64,000 nucleotides of DNA from the human T2T-CHM13v2.0 reference genome, Homo sapiens (GCA_009914755.4 CP068257.2:42912001-42976000), one strand, 5' to 3'. Positions 1 to 22,005 are shown, counted from the stretch's first letter. Numbers and translations are program-made. Notes: generated by a model not told the origin, from the letters alone.

Positions 1-2464
1 ACTCAGCAACGCCCTCCACTTCCGTGTTGGTGTTTGGAGCCGGGAGGACCCTCATTATTTCTGCTTCCTTTGCCATGACTTGTCCTCACTCTGCTCCTAA
101 CACTCGGCTGGTCCTGGGCAGGACCGGCGCCCCTGGCTGAGCCTGTCCCCCGGGAACACCAGGAGGGAAGGTGTGGCCTCTCTGGGGCTGACCTGGTGAC
201 TTCCACCTGGCAGGTCCCGTGACTGTGCCCAGCGTGAGCTCTGGGCCCGGGGGAGGCCCAGCCTCTGTCTGCAGGGACCTCACAGGGTGGGCTGGCGTGG
301 CTGTGATTGGGAGAGCCAGGACGGAGGTGCCTGTGTTGGGAAAAGACGCTTGAGGACAGCGCTTCCTGGCGGGCTCTGGGATCTTCTGAGATCCTGATGT
401 CTGCCAAGAGCAGGAGGACAGGGAGCACCTCCCCTCCTCTGAGAAGGAGACGGAATGTTCTGGCAAGGCCTCTGGACAGTCAGCTCATTAGGAGGACAAG
501 GTTTGGGGACTGGCCTTTGGGTCTGGACTGTTGTCCCCTGGAGCCCTGGTCAGGTGTCCTGAGAGTGGTGGGTGCAGATCCAGGCCTGGGGGTGGGGAGG
601 GGCCTCTGCCTTGAGGAGGTGGATGTGGAATGAGGGTCACTGGAGAGTGAAGGACACTTGGGGTGGGCAAAGCCAGCCTGTGCTTGGGAGGTCATCAGGC
701 AGGACAGGCCCTGACCCGGGGGCAGGGACCGTCACAGGTGAGCTCCTCTGTCTTGGGGCCTGAGCCCAGCATGGCCTGACGCTGGTTCTCACCAGGAACC
801 AGCAACATCTCCCAGTGTCCTTCCAGCCTCTTTCAGCTGGGGATGAGGCTACGGCAGCCTGGGACGGGCTTTCATGGTGGCCCAGAAAGCCTATAGCGCT
901 AGGGAGGCTCACTGGAAGCTCTCCTGTCATAGCGTAGCAGGAGGTGAGCAGGCCCCTGGTCACCAGAACCTTTCTCTGTTGTCCTACAGGGCCAGTCAAA
1001 GCAGCAAGCCGAGAAATAGAAATGAGACGTGAACCTCTGTTATTCGCAGGTGACACAATTGTCCACCTAAAGATCTGAGTCACTGCCATTGTGACTGTCA
1101 CTGGCCATGTGCACCGGCTGGACGTGGGATAAACTCACAGCCCCCAACAGCCCCTCCCTGCACACCTGCCTCGCCATTGTGATGGAAATTCCATCTGAAC
1201 CTGGGGCCTCCAGCACGTGCCAGTCACTCCGCCCTCCATGGCTGTTGTCAAACAAGCCCCTCCGACCTCTCAGGGGTGATGTCTGTGAAGACTCAGCTCC
1301 CGACAAGAGCCTCTCATCTGAAGACGCAGGGCAGTCAGCACTGGGAGCCAGGGTGAGAGCCGAAGGGAAGCCGAGGCAGCGGCGTTCCCTAATGGAGTAT
1401 GAGGGGGAGGGTCCCACAGACCTGGAGCTGCAAATTATAGCATGTGACTGTAGTGACAGCTTCGGTGATCTTAGAAAATGACCCCCTAGTAGCACTGATG
1501 ATGAAGCTGGTGAGGTCGGAGCATGTGGCTGCGCCAGGGAGCATTCCAAGCACTTGGCATCTATTAATTCACTGAATTTCGGCATTAACTTCTTGTCGAA
1601 GTTACTATGGACAGACGCGGAAGCTTCAGCAGAGAGGTTGAGCAATCTGCTCAAAGCCACACAGAAAACAGTGACAGAACCAGGACTAGAAGCCAGCCGG
1701 TCTGTACATAGGATCTACATTCTCAACCAGTGAGTCTCCGATTCTAAAAATAAAAAATGTTGAAGATGAAAGACAGCAAGTCTTCAATACCAAATTTAAT
1801 ACCAAACAGCTGGATTAAAAATTCACATCAGAAGCAGAAGAGCAAAACTAATACCACAGAGAATCAATTCAATTTTAAGTCCAAACATGAGTTCTTCCAA
1901 ACGCCGAGGTAAAGGATAAAATTCACAAATATAATGAGAGAAAAGATAACAAACAGAGTGTATATTTAGCTGAGACAAAACCTGAAAATTCAATTGCTAG
2001 GGAGAAAAAAAAATAAGATCAAAGTAATAAAGAAATAATTGAGGATCAGGTATTCTGGGCTGAATGGACAGAGGTGTGTGTATTTGGAGTAGAAGAACTT
2101 AATGAATTTCAAGAAAATCAGGCCACCTAGACATGCATTGACGAGTTTTTCAATGTAGAAGACCTAAGAACAGGCCTCTCACAGGCAAGACGAATAATAC
2201 ACGATCTGGAAATGAACTGCCTCAGGCTGACCTCAGACCCCTGTCCCACTAACCAGGGTATGGCAATATCCTCAGGGCTTCCAGGGCAATCTTTGGTGGA
2301 CTAAGGCTCTAATTTTCCTTTTTTCAAATTATTACATCTTTCTCAAATAAAGATAACAGCGATGTATTTTCACAAAAGCAAGAGCTTAGAAAGTACTTCA
2401 CCCAGGTATCCCTCTTGGAAAAAATACTTAAGGAAATATGACAAATGGCAAAGTGATTGTTATG

Positions 2465-2822
2465 GATGGAATGTTTGTATCCTCCCAAAATTCACATGTT
2501 GAGACCCTAATTCCAATATGATGGTATTAAGAGGTGGGGCCTTTGGGAGGTAATTAGGTCAGGAGGGTGGAGCCCTCAAAAATGGGATTTGTGCCCTTTA
2601 AAGAAGAAACCGTGGAGAGATTATCTGGGCCACGTGAGGACAGCAAGAAGGTGGCTGTCTGTAGACCAGGAAGAGAGCCCTCTCCAGAGCACCACCATGT
2701 CGCACCCTGACTGATCCTGGACTTCCAGCTTCCAGAACTGGGAGAAAGAAATGCCTGCTGCTCAAGACCCTCCAGTCCACGGCAATTTGTTATAGCAGCC
2801 CCAACTGACTGTGACAGAGAAG
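2465..2822 (+). mobile_element. MaLR (MST/MLT1-type) LTR-like interspersed repeat
   Basis: ...tcctcccaaaattcacatgttgagaccctaattccaatatgatggtattaagaggtggggcctttgggaggtaattaggtcagg...gaagagagccct...ctggacttccagcttccagaactgggagaaag...caatttgttatagcagcc. Confidence 0.45.
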
Positions 2823-4498
2823 AAGCAAAGACAAGAGTTCCAGAACGTAGAAGCTGGGGTATCAAAGGGCTGGCCCAGATACAAAGACAGGAAGACACTG
2901 ACCTAGGTCCAGATAACCAATGTGCTCAGTTATAACTGCAAATGCAAATTTCACATATTTTATAACAGATGCATACAACAGATGCATATTCTACATCCTA
3001 ATTGAATGGCAGTGATAATATTCTAATACTTTACTGCATGCTAGTGTGAGAGGCCGCTAACCACACGTGGCTCTTGAGTGCTTGAAATGTGGCTCATGCC
3101 AGTTGTGGAAATGGTAACATTCTGGATGTACCGGGTTAAATAAGATCTATTGTTAAATTAATTGCACCTGTTCCTTCTGCCATCTTTAAATGTGGCTGTT
3201 ATAATATTTAGGATTGTATGTGCGGTTCTGTTTCTACTGGAATATGCTGTATGTTGTTTTCAATCAAACAAGAAAGACTGAGAAGCGGGTGGGGGTGGAA
3301 CCGTGGGCTGATGTTGAGGAGAGCAAGATTAATTCTGTTTTAAATAGAAATTCTCGAATTGCGGTTCCATTCCTCACTTTAATAGTTAAAAAATAAGCAT
3401 AAAGGTAAACTTAAAAGCTATTTATTGGTACAATTAAAAACAGAATGTATATTTTTCAAAACAGCAAATAAAAGTAGAAGAGAAAAAACAAACCGTGGTG
3501 GATATCCTAAAGACGGAAAAGCAACCGAAACAGGCGGAAACCTCAAAAGCAGAGAAGACCATGAAAACGTGAGGAGGAGCAAAACAGCCAGTTGGAAAGG
3601 AAAGGAAATTGCTCCTGATGTTTCCTATTAGATGAGAACATTTCTCAAAACGGTTTATAAAATAAAAACCGAAATAAGGTAACTAATGTCACCATTAAAC
3701 AGTAACGGGAGGGAAAAGAGACGTCTCCCAGGTCCGACGGCTGCCGGGGCCCACACAGAGCCTCCTCTCCCATCCTCCCCAAGGGGTGACGGCACACAGC
3801 CTAGAAATGGGGACTCCCGCACTAGCAGGGCCCCCACATCCCACAGGATGAGCCAAAGGGAGGGCAGCCTGGCTCAGGACTCCCTGAAGATGCAGAAGCC
3901 GTGTTCCCTTACAGAGTCCCACCCAGTGGGGAGACGTGGGCACTTGGCTAGGCCAGCTGGCCAAGGGCTGTGGGAGATGGGCGGTGAAGGGCACCAGGAT
4001 CTGGGAGCCCTAGTGTGAGAAGTCCCCTCCCAGTCCTTATGTGATGAGTCCCCCACCCCGGCCACACACACATCCCACCCCCCTTCACAAGCAGGGTAGA
4101 GGCTGCACACACACAGTCATGGGGCTCAGGGCAAGGCAGCCTTGCTCTGGGCTACTGATCAGACCCAGGACAGAGAGGTCTGGGGACAGCCCTTCCTGCC
4201 GTGCCTGCTCCCCTTGTCCTGGTGGCTGGGCTGGGAGCTTGCAAAGGAAAATGACAGTGACAAGGGGCCTGTGTCCTTCTGTCCTGGAAGCCTGTGACAC
4301 TCGGACAGGGACTTCCAACTGTGTATTGCATTTGCACAGACATGCCATCGAAACTGCAAAGGAGTAAATGACTGCTGGGACAAGTTAATAGATACAGCGG
4401 TTCAAAGGAAAAGACCTACTCAAGAATTAAGGAATCCTTGTGAACAACAGGGGAAGGTTACAGAAAATTTCCAGTTATTCTTAAGAATTAAGAAGTCG

Positions 4499-4808
4499 TG
4501 CCGGGCACGGTGGCTCACGCTTGTAATCCCAGCGCTTTGGGAGGCCAAGGCAGGCAGATCGCGATGTCAGGAGTTCAAGACCAGCCTGGCCAATGTGGTG
4601 AAACCCAGTCTCTACTAAAAATACAAAAATTAGCCAGGTGTGGTGGTGCACACCTGTAGTCCTAGCTATTCAGGAGGCTGAGGGAGAAGAATAGCTTGAA
4701 CCCGGGAGGCAGAAGTTGTACTGAGCGGAGATTGCTCCACTGCACTCTAGCCTGGCAACAGAGTGATACCCGCTCTCAAAAAAAAATAACAACAACAACA
4801 AAAAAAAC
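4499..4808 (+). mobile_element. Alu SINE, full length, with an A-rich tail
   Basis: gccgggcacggtggctcacgc...cctgtagtcctagctattcaggaggctgagg...poly-A / (AAC)n tail. Confidence 0.9.
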
Positions 4809-4815
4809 CAAAAGA

Positions 4816-5246
<431 letters not shown>

Positions 5247-6208
5247 TTACAGGCCCAAATCAAAGACAGGGGTCTTTGCCCTTTTTGCACAAGGGAACTT
5301 CCCGGCCACCTCGTGAAAGCTTTGGAGGTTTTCAGATAAGTAAAAGGAAACCAACTTCATGAAAACACTGCTGTTACACTATGAAAAAGTGAACTGGTGA
5401 GATAGCATGTACTTCCCTAGGGAGCATGTGCCTGGTGGGACCCAGCAGGTGCATCTCGCGCTACCATAATTATGAAACAGCAGTGGCCAGAATGAGGTTT
5501 TGAGCATTTGCGGCCGGCATAATGTGACGCCACGCATCTCATTCCTGTTGGTGACAAAGCTGCAGGTGCTGCCATAGGTTTTGTCGGCTACATGAGAGGG
5601 TTCCTCACATAAGGCAAAAGAAAACACACCTGTCTTAGAGGCCTCAAAAATGCCCACAAATACTTTCCAAGGACAAAGGTGGTTACTCAGCTGCAAACAG
5701 TGAAGCACACAAGGAAACGACACCATGAGCGAGAACTGGTGGAAATGACAGAAAGCTGAAATGGACCCACAGAGACTTCAGGCATTGGGATGACCGTGCA
5801 CAGATATTTGAAATAAGAGATCAGCTCTAAAATGTCTTCCAGGAATGAGAAATATTTATTTTATTTAATAAGAGAGGGCTGGTGAGAAGATGATGAGTGG
5901 GGGTCAGACAGGCAGAGGAAGGAGAGAGGGGGAGGAGCTGAGCCCAGGGAGAGGCCGGGCCGGGTGGGTGTGGGGGATTCACAGAGAAGCACCCCCGGGG
6001 CCTGGAGACGCTGAGGCTGGCAGGAGAACCCCACAACAGCAGACCCCGCACAGCGGGAAGTCAGGACTGCCTCCGCCCCTGGTGCTGTCAGCCTGGATGC
6101 AGCTCAAGGCCAGAGTCCCGAAGCTCCCACCCCACGCGGCACGTTGAAGTTCTTCCCACGGGGTTTGCCAGATATGCAAAAAAGACCTCTGAGAGGGCAC
6201 ATTGGTGA

Positions 6209-6214
6209 CTTTAT
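6209..6214 (-). other. Polyadenylation signal AATAAA (KRTAP10-3 3' end)
   Basis: tttatt on the + strand, about 240 nt 3' of the stop at 6453. Confidence 0.5.
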
Positions 6215-6452
6215 TTGTTGACAGACTGATCACTCACATGGGGCAGGACACAGTGACCACCGGCTGGCCAGCATGGAGATGAGGGTGTGGGAGAGATGCA
6301 TGCCTGGAGGGAATCGGCATGAAAGCTCAGCATTGCTGGCTGGAGGTGCAGTGGCTATGGGCAGAGGAGACTCAGACAGGGCTCAGGGCTGCAAGGATTT
6401 TCGGAAGTCAGAGATGGCCCTGGAACAACTCTGGAGAAACGGGACCTGCCCG

Positions 6453-7118
6453 TCAGCAGCTGGACTTCTGGCCTGAGGAGAGGCCGCAGCACGCGGAAGA
6501 GAGGCGGGAGCACGTGGGGCGGCAGAGGAGGGACACGCAGGAGGCCGGGCGGCAGCAGCTGGGCTGGCAGGTGGAGGCAGGGGCACAGCAGGAGGGGATG
6601 GGCACACAGTAGGTGGACCTGCACACGGGGCGGCAGAGGAGGGACACGGAGGAGGAGGGTCTGCAGCAGGAGGTGGTGCAGCAAGCCGGCTGGCGGCTAG
6701 ACTGCTGGCAGCATGAAGAGGAAGCCCCAGAGCAGACGGGCACACAGCAGATGGGCTTGCAGCAGACAGGCTTGCAGCAGACGGGCACACAGCAGACTGG
6801 CTTGCAGCAGACAGGCACGCAGCAGGCCTGCTGGCAGGGGGAGGATGTGCAGCAAGCTGGCTGGCAGCTAGACTGCTGGCAGCACGAGGGCGTGCAGGAG
6901 CTGGTGCAGCCTGACTGGCAGGGGCTGGGCTCACAGGCCGCCTGGCAGCAGGGGCTGGACACACAGCTCACTGGGGTGCAGACCAGGGTCAGGCAGGGGG
7001 CCAGGGCGCAGCAGCTGGGGGCACAGCAGGGGGGCTCACAGCAGCTCTCTGGGCAGGCGTCCACCTGCCAGGAGTCAGAGTAAGCGCTGGAGCAGACGGA
7101 CATGGTAGACGTGGCCAT
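6453..7118 (-). CDS. KRTAP10-3: Keratin-associated protein 10 family, high-sulfur hair KAP; single exon, 221 aa including Met at 7118 to 7116, stop TGA at 6455 to 6453
   Basis: The ORF-track frame 6453..7304 contains [34 protein letters not shown]... with [12 protein letters not shown] / [12 protein letters not shown] pentapeptide repeats and a ...GQKSSC* C-terminus. The upstream in-frame extension is non-genic, because a TATA box sits about 105 bp 5' of the internal ATG, so the start is set at MATSTM. Length (221 aa) and position as the first minus gene of the cluster match KRTAP10-3. Family assignment is about 0.95 confident; the paralog name is about 0.7. Confidence 0.8.
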   Translation of the reverse strand: MATSTMSVCSSAYSDSWQVDACPESCCEPPCCAPSCCALAPCLTLVCTPVSCVSSPCCQAACEPSPCQSGCTSSCTPSCCQQSSCQPACCTSSPCQQACCVPVCCKPVCCVPVCCKPVCCKPICCVPVCSGASSSCCQQSSRQPACCTTSCCRPSSSVSLLCRPVCRSTYCVPIPSCCAPASTCQPSCCRPASCVSLLCRPTCSRLSSACCGLSSGQKSSC

Positions 7119-7222
7119 GCTGGGGTGGGGAGGAGGTGAGCTGGGGGAGACGTGAGTGAGTGAGTGTGGGAGTGAGTGAGGGAGTGAGTGAGTGATCGTG
7201 CCAGGCCTCTGAGTGGTCGGAA

Positions 7223-7296
7223 CCTTTATACCCCTCTGTGTTGATTGTGCTGCCCCTGCCTGGCTTCGAGAAGCCTTCCTCTTCCTTGTTGTTGTT
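7223..7296 (-). promoter_or_regulatory. KRTAP10-3 core promoter: TATAAAGG (7230 to 7223 on the minus strand) plus the upstream CAACAACAAGGAAGAGGAAG motif
   Basis: TATA about 105 bp 5' of the ATG. A (GAGTGA)n block at 7140..7200 forms the 5'UTR. Confidence 0.6.
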
Positions 7297-8379
7297 GTAG
7301 GCACTGTTGTGTTAGTAGTGTTGGTTCATTGTTTGTGGATGTTCTGGTTTGTGAGGCTCCTGACTGGAGTTAGGGCTTCCCTAATGTGGGCTTGTCCACA
7401 GAGATAAACTAGTAGAAATATATTGATTGCATCAAAGCACACTGCAGAAGCAGGGACAGTGGCAGTTAGGAGATATTCTGGAATTGACAGCCCTCTGCTC
7501 CATCCCAGGAGGAGTTTGCACTTAAAAAAAGACTTCTACACCTAAGGAGGGATGAGGTTAGGAGAACCTCAGTTTCTGGGCCTTGAGGAAAGGGAGAGAT
7601 GTGTTCTGCTGTGGACAAGTTTGAAGATGCTCAGTTGGCCTGGCCACACGGCGAGATCCACCCTGTGGGTTGACACTGCTGGTTGTCAGTGGGAACCATG
7701 GGGCATATTTCTGCTGGGGGTGAGCCCTGGGGCAGGTGTGAGGGAATAGTGTCTTCCTGGGCAGAGATTGGCTCACAGAGGGGAGCAGGGAGGCAGCTGC
7801 AGGCCCAGCACAGTAGGGATGGAGATGAGGGGCAAGCACCTTTGTTTCATTTCACGTTGAACTGTTATGGGGCCTTCCCCCGGTGGTGTGCACAATAGTG
7901 TTCACACCTTCTCCTCTCACATCTCGGGCAACATCACCTGCAATGGTGTCCTTGGGAGCTCCAAGGTCTCTTCCCTTATGGGCCAGAAAGTCATCAGAAT
8001 GTATTAGTTCTACTGTTGGCTCCTGGACATTGTCATAGTAAATGTACAAATAAAAGGGTCTGATTGCAGAGCCTTGTCTCACAAATACCTATACACCTGT
8101 GTGTATCAGCCCATGCCTGTGCCCGGGACCATACCTGTGCGCTAGTAAGCCCCCAAAGTTCTGATCATGGATCCCTCATCTCCTCACTCTATGATCGCTA
8201 TTTTCTACTAAATCTTTGAAATGGCAAAGGCAGAGGCTCTGATGATGCTCTAGGCTGCAGGGCTTTCCAAAATTAGGCCAGGGGTCCACTGAGTGCTTGG
8301 TGGGGGCCCATAGGCTGCAGGGTTTGAAGCCTCTGACCTTTGATGAGTATGGCTAAGGGCTCTGTTGGAGGACTACCTG

Positions 8380-10900
<2,521 letters not shown>

Positions 10901-10929
10901 TTAATCTACATATCCAGGACCTCAGAAAA

Positions 10930-15700
<4,771 letters not shown>

Positions 15701-16107
15701 CAGAAGGACCTGCTGCACAGATATGACGTGCACTGTCCCAGAAACCGTGGGGGAAGGGGACAGAGACAAACATTACTGTCTTCACCTTCCAAACTAGTAG
15801 GCAGAGGATGGGATGGGGCTTGTCTGTTAGATTTGGGATTGATGGCACTTCAAGTCTTAGATAAATGGGTCTACAAAGTGTCCCTTTTTAGATGTGATTT
15901 TATTGTTAGCGCTTCCTGCCAAAGGATGTCAACATAAAAACTCTGAGCACTAGTCCCTCGATTGCAGGAATTGGCTGTGCAAACCACTAGCAAATGGTCA
16001 CACAGACTCTCACATACTGCCAGTGACAGGGACCTCACTACCTAGCAAGGCCAGCCACTCTTGATCCCAGAGAAACCCAGAGAGTCCTTGACAAATGCCG
16101 CCCCTCA

Positions 16108-16434
<327 letters not shown>

Positions 16435-17644
16435 TTAGGCCAGGACACCCCCAAAAGTGGATACCCATAACAGCCAACATGTATGGGGCATCAGCGTGGC
16501 AGGCACTTTACATAGCACTATAGCCCCTATGAGCTGTGAACCAAGGTTATCTCTGTTTCAGTGGTAAGGAAACAGAGGCACCATGAGGTGTGCCCGTGTG
16601 GCCTCCCCCCACCCCTCCTCCTGCTCCTGGGGGATCTTGCACGGCTGCCTCTGAGCTGCAGGTAACATTCCACCCATGGCTGCTGTTTTCAAGTCGGCAG
16701 CCAGGCACTGTGCAGGGTGAGCTGTGCGGGACGAAGGAAGGAACGCATGGCCCCACCGCAGCCACGGGAACCCCAAAGGAAACGCAGGAAGCGGCTGGGA
16801 ATGAGACCAGGCAGGCCCAGGCTCCTGTCTGCTGGCCTCCCTTGGGTCCCTGTGCTGCCCTTGGGTGCTGTGGGAGGCTGGAGCTGCCATGGAGCTGGCA
16901 GTGCCTGCCCCTCGTCCCCCTCTGGGCGTGCCAGGGGAGTGGATAATCTCCTGGGGAACCTGGGATTCAAAGTTGGTGGGAACATAATTGATGGGCTGGC
17001 CTGGCCTCCTCCGAGGCCAGGTGACAGGGAGGAAAATGGGAAGCATGGAGGGCATTCGGGGCTAGCAGAGGGCTGCAGACCAGATCCCTGGCCCAGGCTG
17101 AGTGGCTGGGAGCAGAGCCTGAGACTGATGCCTGGACCCTCCTCAGCTCGGCCACTGCAGCTGGCCCCAGCCTGGGTAAATGCCAGGGCGTGGCTGAATG
17201 AAGCAGGTGTTCCTGGAGCTGTCTCCCTCCATCTGGCAGTCTTGCTGAGGGGCCTCCTGCCTCAGCCTGGCATGAGGGTGTTGGGTCAGTCCACTCTGGC
17301 ACCCTCTAGGGTTCATCTTCCCCCACGTGCCCATCCTGGCCGGCATTGTGTAGGGAATGTCATGGATTCTCTGTGAAGGCCCCGGAAGGGCTTTGGTCAA
17401 ACATCTCAAGCAGAGGCCTTCCTCCCTCGCCTGCCTGCACGTGGCAGGGCCCCAGTGAGCAGCTGGAGAGCAGGACTCCACTCCAGGCCAGGAGAAGGCA
17501 CAGCCCTTCCTTGCACCGCCACGTGCATCGCAGTGCCACAGCTGCAGTGAGACTTGGATCCTCTGTGTCCTCCAGAGAGTGTGAGCACCTGGGATGGAGC
17601 AGTTCTGCAGAAGAGCCTACCCTGGAAAAGCATCCCGGTCCGCA

Positions 17645-17795
17645 CACGTGCACACAGGGTGTGAAACGCAGGGTGTGACGGGCACTTCTTTCTTAGAAAA
17701 ACCGGATGTGACGCAGCCGTGCACGTCCGCACGTGTGCACACAGGGTGTAACGGGCACTTACAAAAACCGGATGTGACGCAGACGTGCAGTGCAG
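17645..17795. repeat. Tandem duplication of about 70-85 bp (2 copies)
   Basis: cacgtgcacacagggtgtgaaacg...gggcacttctttcttagaaaaaccggatgtgacgcagccgtgcacg // cacgtgtgcacacagggtgtaacgggcacttacaaaaaccggatgtgacgcagacgtgcag. Confidence 0.7.
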
Positions 17796-19149
17796 GAACA
17801 GCCGGCAAAGCAGCCGTGAGCACCCTGGCTGCAGGACGCTGCCTGGGCCTGGCCCAGGCACAGAGTGGGAAGATGTGGCAGGACACACCATGGGCCAAGG
17901 ATGGAAAGGATGCAGAGGGTCCTGGCTGGGGCAGGGGTGTGTGTGTGTGTGACCCACAGCACCAGAGAGTTTGGGGACATGCAGATGGAGGGAGCACAGT
18001 GAAGAAAGGGTGGCCTGCTTTAGGACAGGAGAATGTATTATTATTGTTACTATTTATGCAATTAAACACAAAAGGTAGAGTGTGAGGAGGCTTTGCCGCT
18101 TCTTGGAAAGACCCTGAGTTATAAAACATGCCACGACATAGGGACAGCAACAGTGGACACTGTGTGTAGAGAGGTCTGTGTACAGGGACCACCCCCGATG
18201 GAGGCTGCTGTGTGTGTTTAGGGGGTCCCAGGCTGACTCTGGGAGGATTCTGGCATCTTGGTGTGGGGGGATTCTGTGCCTCAGGGCTCTGATGTTGGCC
18301 CAAGCCTCAGGCTGGCGGAGGTTGGGGATGAGACTCCACATACTGTGGCGTTGCGTCCTGGGTCCCCTGGAAAGAATGGGTCTCTAAGTAAACCCCATGC
18401 ACCCTACTGCCCCTCCCCCCAGTCTCAGAGAGACACTGCTGCACAGCACTGCCTGGTGCTGGGCTCACCCCTGGGGGTTTAGCTTGAGCACGACCAGGGG
18501 CCACCTCCTCAATGAGGAAACGTGGGGGCCACCATCCAGAAGGTGCCCTGCCCAGCACTCAGGATGAGCCTCTGCCCTGCTGAGCCCCGGGATAGACAGT
18601 CAGCCCATCGCTCGCTGGGCTTTGGCAATCAGGAAACAGAATCCTGACCATCCCAGCAAGAGCCTCTCCCTCCACTGTTTAATTAAAATAGCCTCTTCCT
18701 GGCTCCGGACCCCACGCCTGCAGTGTTGTGTGCCTCTCAGCCTCCTGGGAGTGGACACCCAAGGGCAGATGAGTCCCTGACACAGCCTCGGCAGTGCTGG
18801 GTGGGGGCCTCTGGATGTTGACCTGCCCTCACAGCCACCTTGTGGGGCATCCTCCTTGACTCTATCATCGGTGAGACATGGGTCCAGAAGCCAGGAATTA
18901 TGGAATTACAGAAGGGGCTGCAGAGATAAGCTCGTTCACAGCCTCAGGCACAGGCCAGGTATAGCCGCTGAGGATGGAGAAGGAGGGAACCGGGCGCTGC
19001 TTTGAAAAGAAGAAAGGTATTGAATCCAACATAGGAGCTTTGCCTTGAGAAACTAGAGAAAGATGAGGAAATGGAACCCACAGCAAGCAAAGGGAAGGAT
19101 GGGGCAGGAGTCCACGCAATTGAAAACAAAAGGAAAATAGAGGAAACTG

Positions 19150-19853
<704 letters not shown>

Positions 19854-21039
19854 TAATGCACATGCCAGCCTCCTTGCTCTGTCTCCTGGGAGGGCTGGGA
19901 AAGCAACACCCCAGTAGTGTGAGCACACCTTGCTCCAGATTTTGGTTTCTAAATGCCTTCGTCCACCAAGAGGAAGCAGGGCTTCCTAGAGAAGCGTCTG
20001 ATTCCAGGGATGAAACAGGGCAAATCTGAGATGAACTTGGACCCAAAAGTAAGAAAGGTCAGGGAGGGACAGCGTGTTGAAAGGGCACCAGGGCCAAAAC
20101 GAAAGGACTTGAGGGCCGAAGTTGGAACCACTGCAACCACAAAATACATAGTGATCATATTGGATTATAGCTCAAGTAATAGATAAACATTCTTTAGTCC
20201 ACACATAGATAAATAAATAAGGAAGCAAATAGACACACAGAAGAGCGGGACAGCTCCTCCTCCCGGGAGAATTTCAATTAGTAAGTGTGGAAGGAACAAG
20301 GCAGGGAGGAGAATCCTCAACAGAGCCCCACAGGGACCGTGCGGGCGAGGCCCCCGGAGGGGCACCAGCACTGCCGGGCAAACGCCTGGGCAGACGCGGG
20401 ACAGCTGCCAAGTCTCAGACATGACCAATTACAGAGGGAAACGGCGGCACCGCGAGGGATGGGCCGCGGCCGTGTCACCTCCATGCCCCACGCACACTGC
20501 TCCTGTGGGATTCCTCCCCCAACGCGATGCCCACTCTGACCACGAGGAAACCTCAAGCAAGTCCACGTGGAGGGGCATTCTACAAAACACCCAACCGGTC
20601 AAGGTCGCTGAGGCCAAGGAGAGATTGGGCAACCGTCACAAACCAGAGAAGTCGAGGAGACCTTTCAGCCAACGCCATGTGGGGTCCTGAGCAGGACCCA
20701 CCGGAAGTTGGTGCAGCTGCCTAAAGACCGTCCTGGCTGAGAAGAAACAGAGCAGCGCTGCTTTCTCAGAGCTGGGAACCAACCTGCGGTGGTGTCGGGA
20801 AGCTGGCAAAGGGCGATGTGAACCCCGCTTTTCAGCCACTATTCCCTAAAACCATTCCACGAGGTCAAGCCACACCTCACAAGCAAAGGCTGCTGAGTGC
20901 CCAGTGCTGGGCACCTGCTGTCCTGTGCTACCCTCGCCACCCCCCATGCTCCACCTGCCCCAGGCCCAAGTCCACGAGAAACACTTCTGCCGTGCTTGCC
21001 TTCCCATCCCGGGTTCTGCTCCCGTGCCCACGTCCTCAT

Positions 21040-21236
21040 CCCAGGTTCTGCCATTGTGTCTGCTTGCTGTGGATTGAATTGTGTCCCTCAAAAGGTGCCG
21101 AAGTCCTGACCGCTGGTACATGTGAATGTGACCCTATATGGAAATAGGGTCTTTGTAGGTGATCAAGTTAAGAGGAGGCTGTTAGGATAGGCCCTACTGC
21201 AATAATGCTTTGTATCCTTATAAAAAGGGGAGATTT

Positions 21237-21289
<53 letters not shown>

Positions 21290-21545
21290 GAAGCTGTGTG
21301 AAGATAAAGGCAGAGCTCAGGTGAGGCCACTGTAAGCCAAGGACCCCAAAGATAGCAGCAGCCCACAGGAGTGAGGGGAGCGGGGTGAGACAGTGCCCCT
21401 CGCAGCCTCAGAAGGAACCCATGCTGTCCACTGTCCACACCTCGATCTCAGACTTCTGGCTTCCAAAACCATGAGACACGGAATTTCTGTTGTGTGACCA
21501 GCCAGTTTGTGGTACTGTTTGTCATGGCAGCCCAAGGAAAAGAAT
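21040..21545 (+). mobile_element. Second copy of the same MaLR-type LTR family, carrying an internal (CA)23 microsatellite
   Basis: gaattgtgtccctcaaaaggtgccgaagtcctgaccgctggtacatgtgaatgtgaccctatatggaaatagggtctttgtaggtgatcaagttaagagg...(CA)n...agacttctggcttccaaaaccatgagacacggaatttctgttgtgtgaccagccagtttgtggtactgtttgtcatggcagccc. Confidence 0.45.
21241..21286. repeat. (CA)23 microsatellite
   Basis: A perfect dinucleotide run. Confidence 0.95.
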
Positions 21546-21667
21546 ACATTACAGCATACAAACCATGACTCACATTATCTTTACTTAGAACCCAAACAAA
21601 CCTCTCTCCCTAAGCTTTCAATCACAGAGGCACATGATCTTGTTCAGCAGCCTAGAAAACCAAGGCC

Positions 21668-21816
21668 CAGCGGAGCCACCCGTAGGCACCCACTCCCCAT
21701 AGCCTGGCACACACACACGGCAGAGCCACCCACAGGCACCCACTCCTCATAGTCCAGCACACACACGGCAGAGCCACCCGCAGGCACCCACTCCCCATAG
21801 CCCGGCACACACGTGG
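21668..21816. repeat. Tandem repeat with a unit of about 48 bp, 3 copies, about 340 bp upstream of the KRTAP10-4 ATG
   Basis: The unit cagagccacccacaggcacccactcctcatagtccagcacacacacgg occurs three times with variants. Confidence 0.85.
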
Positions 21817-22005
21817 ACCATGCCACCCTCCACGTGCGCCTGGGGAGCAAAGCAGCACAGCCTGAACTGCCCCTCAGCTCTTCCTCCTGAGTCTAAAACA
21901 CGCACATGCGCCCCAGGCCAATTCCAAGTTTTGTAAACTGAGCAACAGCTCTTGGGAAACAAAAACACAGCTACTGTTTATTCTCCTGGAGCTGGCTGTA
22001 CACCC

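Noticed and set aside
5379-5726. 115-aa minus-strand ORF containing ...EEPSHVADKTYGSTCSFVTNRNEMRGVTLCRPQMLKTSFWPLLFHNYGS
   Set aside because: It looks mildly protein-like, but there are no recognizable family, splice sites or promoter. It is probably part of an old degraded repeat or a processed-pseudogene scrap. The evidence is insufficient.
16558-18303. GC-rich region with many overlapping 100-230 aa ORFs on both strands (for example 16717..17376 and 17617..18303)
   Set aside because: The ORFs overlap one another in all frames. They have low-complexity P/G/A/R-rich composition, typical of GC-rich noncoding DNA, and no splice-site-bounded conserved peptide. Unlike the 16188..16409 segment, I cannot support a coding call. 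An alignment-based search for further TSPEAR exons would still be worthwhile.
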